A stretch of DNA of 64,000 nt from Dimorphilus gyrociliatus. Lineage: Eukaryota; Animalia; Annelida. Both the position numbers and the translations under genes were made by a program. Positions 63,044 through 64,000 of this stretch are shown here, piece by piece; the first letter of the stretch is position 1, and each line of letters opens with the position of its first letter. The notes below the pieces were generated by a model. That model was not told the DNA's origin. It ran no database searches and was given only the letters and a program-made list of their open reading frames with translations. The DNA is taken from NCBI GenBank assembly GCA_904063045.1, contig CAJFCJ010000006.1, forward strand, positions 4,604,408-4,668,407, read 5' to 3'.

Positions 63044-64000
63044 GTTGTATATATTTTCATAGTTTTTTCTATACTTTTCAATACTATCCATCAATGTTAG
63101 TCAGTTTATTTTGTACTAAGATCGACTTTTATTGTTATATAATAACGTTTATACTTTATTGCGATACCGATAAGGTAAAGTTTGTTCGTTACCTCGTCTA
63201 GCGACATCTATGAAAGTGTTTACGAACTATTTTTTGTGTGAACGTATATACTACACCGCCACCTACAGTATATAATATTGAAATGGAATAATTACTCCTA
63301 CAGCAAGAAATGAATAAAAGTTATTAAGTTATTAAAATTTTTGATGAGATAAAATTAATGAGAATTAAGGTAAAAATATTATGCGAAAATCGTTCAATTT
63401 AACAATTAAAACAGTCAAGGTGATACAAAGAATTACATGTTGTCTTCATAGAGAAAATGATGCTGACGTCATAGTAATAGGACTTAATATTATAAACAGT
63501 TGTTTACCAAAGTTTTATTAACTACAAACGATATATAAGTTGATGTTTTTTTTGTAATCAAAAATAGAATTCATAGTAGAGTTTAGGCTATTTTTCAGCT
63601 AAATATAAAAAACCTGCTATTATTATCATACGAATTTAAAAGCTATTAATTATTTACGGTGTAACTTTAGTCATTGTATGCAATTTTAAGCTAAAGTTTA
63701 GTAATAAGACACGTGTGAAAAATATACTTATTATCAAAAAATAAAACACTATTTGATCTATTTTAGCAGACCTCAATATGTAAATGAGCTCGAAAGAGGC
63801 TAAAGCGCACCCTACGTATATGTAATCTACGAGATTACATTACAATGTCATCACTGCTCAAACCCAGGTTCAATCGTGCAACTCATTCGCCTTTTACTAA
63901 TCAGTTCCGTGGATCTGGGTTAAATTATGAGCTTAGTTTAATTTTTTTTCGCCCTAGTCTTACTGGGGCATCTTATAAAAAGCTAAAAAATTTTTATCTA

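Noticed and set aside
1-64000. CRISPR arrays, transposase or RT ORFs, TIR/LTR pairs
   Set aside because: None seen; all periodic repeats are simple microsatellites.

Overview
Eukaryotic, AT-rich, gene-dense window with very short introns (many 49-75 nt) and abundant microsatellites. It is consistent with a compact-genome spiralian; a miniature annelid such as Dimorphilus is my guess, not shown by the sequence. I built all exon structures by hand from GT-AG boundaries, phase compatibility and family motifs. Genes in order: intronless CYLD (-); LMF1 (+); NRAMP/DMT1 (+); FNDC3 (+); Cys-rich EB-module-like, probably GPI-anchored protein (+); 444-N gap; nicotinic ACh receptor alpha subunit (+); Olig bHLH (+); class B calcitonin-receptor-like GPCR (+); furin/kexin-like membrane protease (+); NOL4 (+); Pax3/7 (-); one 5S rRNA gene (+). 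Strongest unexpected observations: (1) the convertase-like gene has no prodomain, has a remodelled acidic pocket, and sits directly behind an orphan GPCR with an extra 8-Cys N-terminal module; (2) LMF1 has tandem duplicated, frame-enforced mutually exclusive exons; (3) FNDC3 has a hidden alternative first exon with its own promoter and a PAM2-like motif; (4) the conserved paired-domain Trp of Pax3/7 is Cys; (5) cryptic minus-strand coding-like exons lie at 37.5-40.2 kb; (6) the non-coding motifs TAGGCCTA, AGACGCC and CTCF-like sites are strongly enriched. No CRISPR array, tRNA or recognisable transposon was found.
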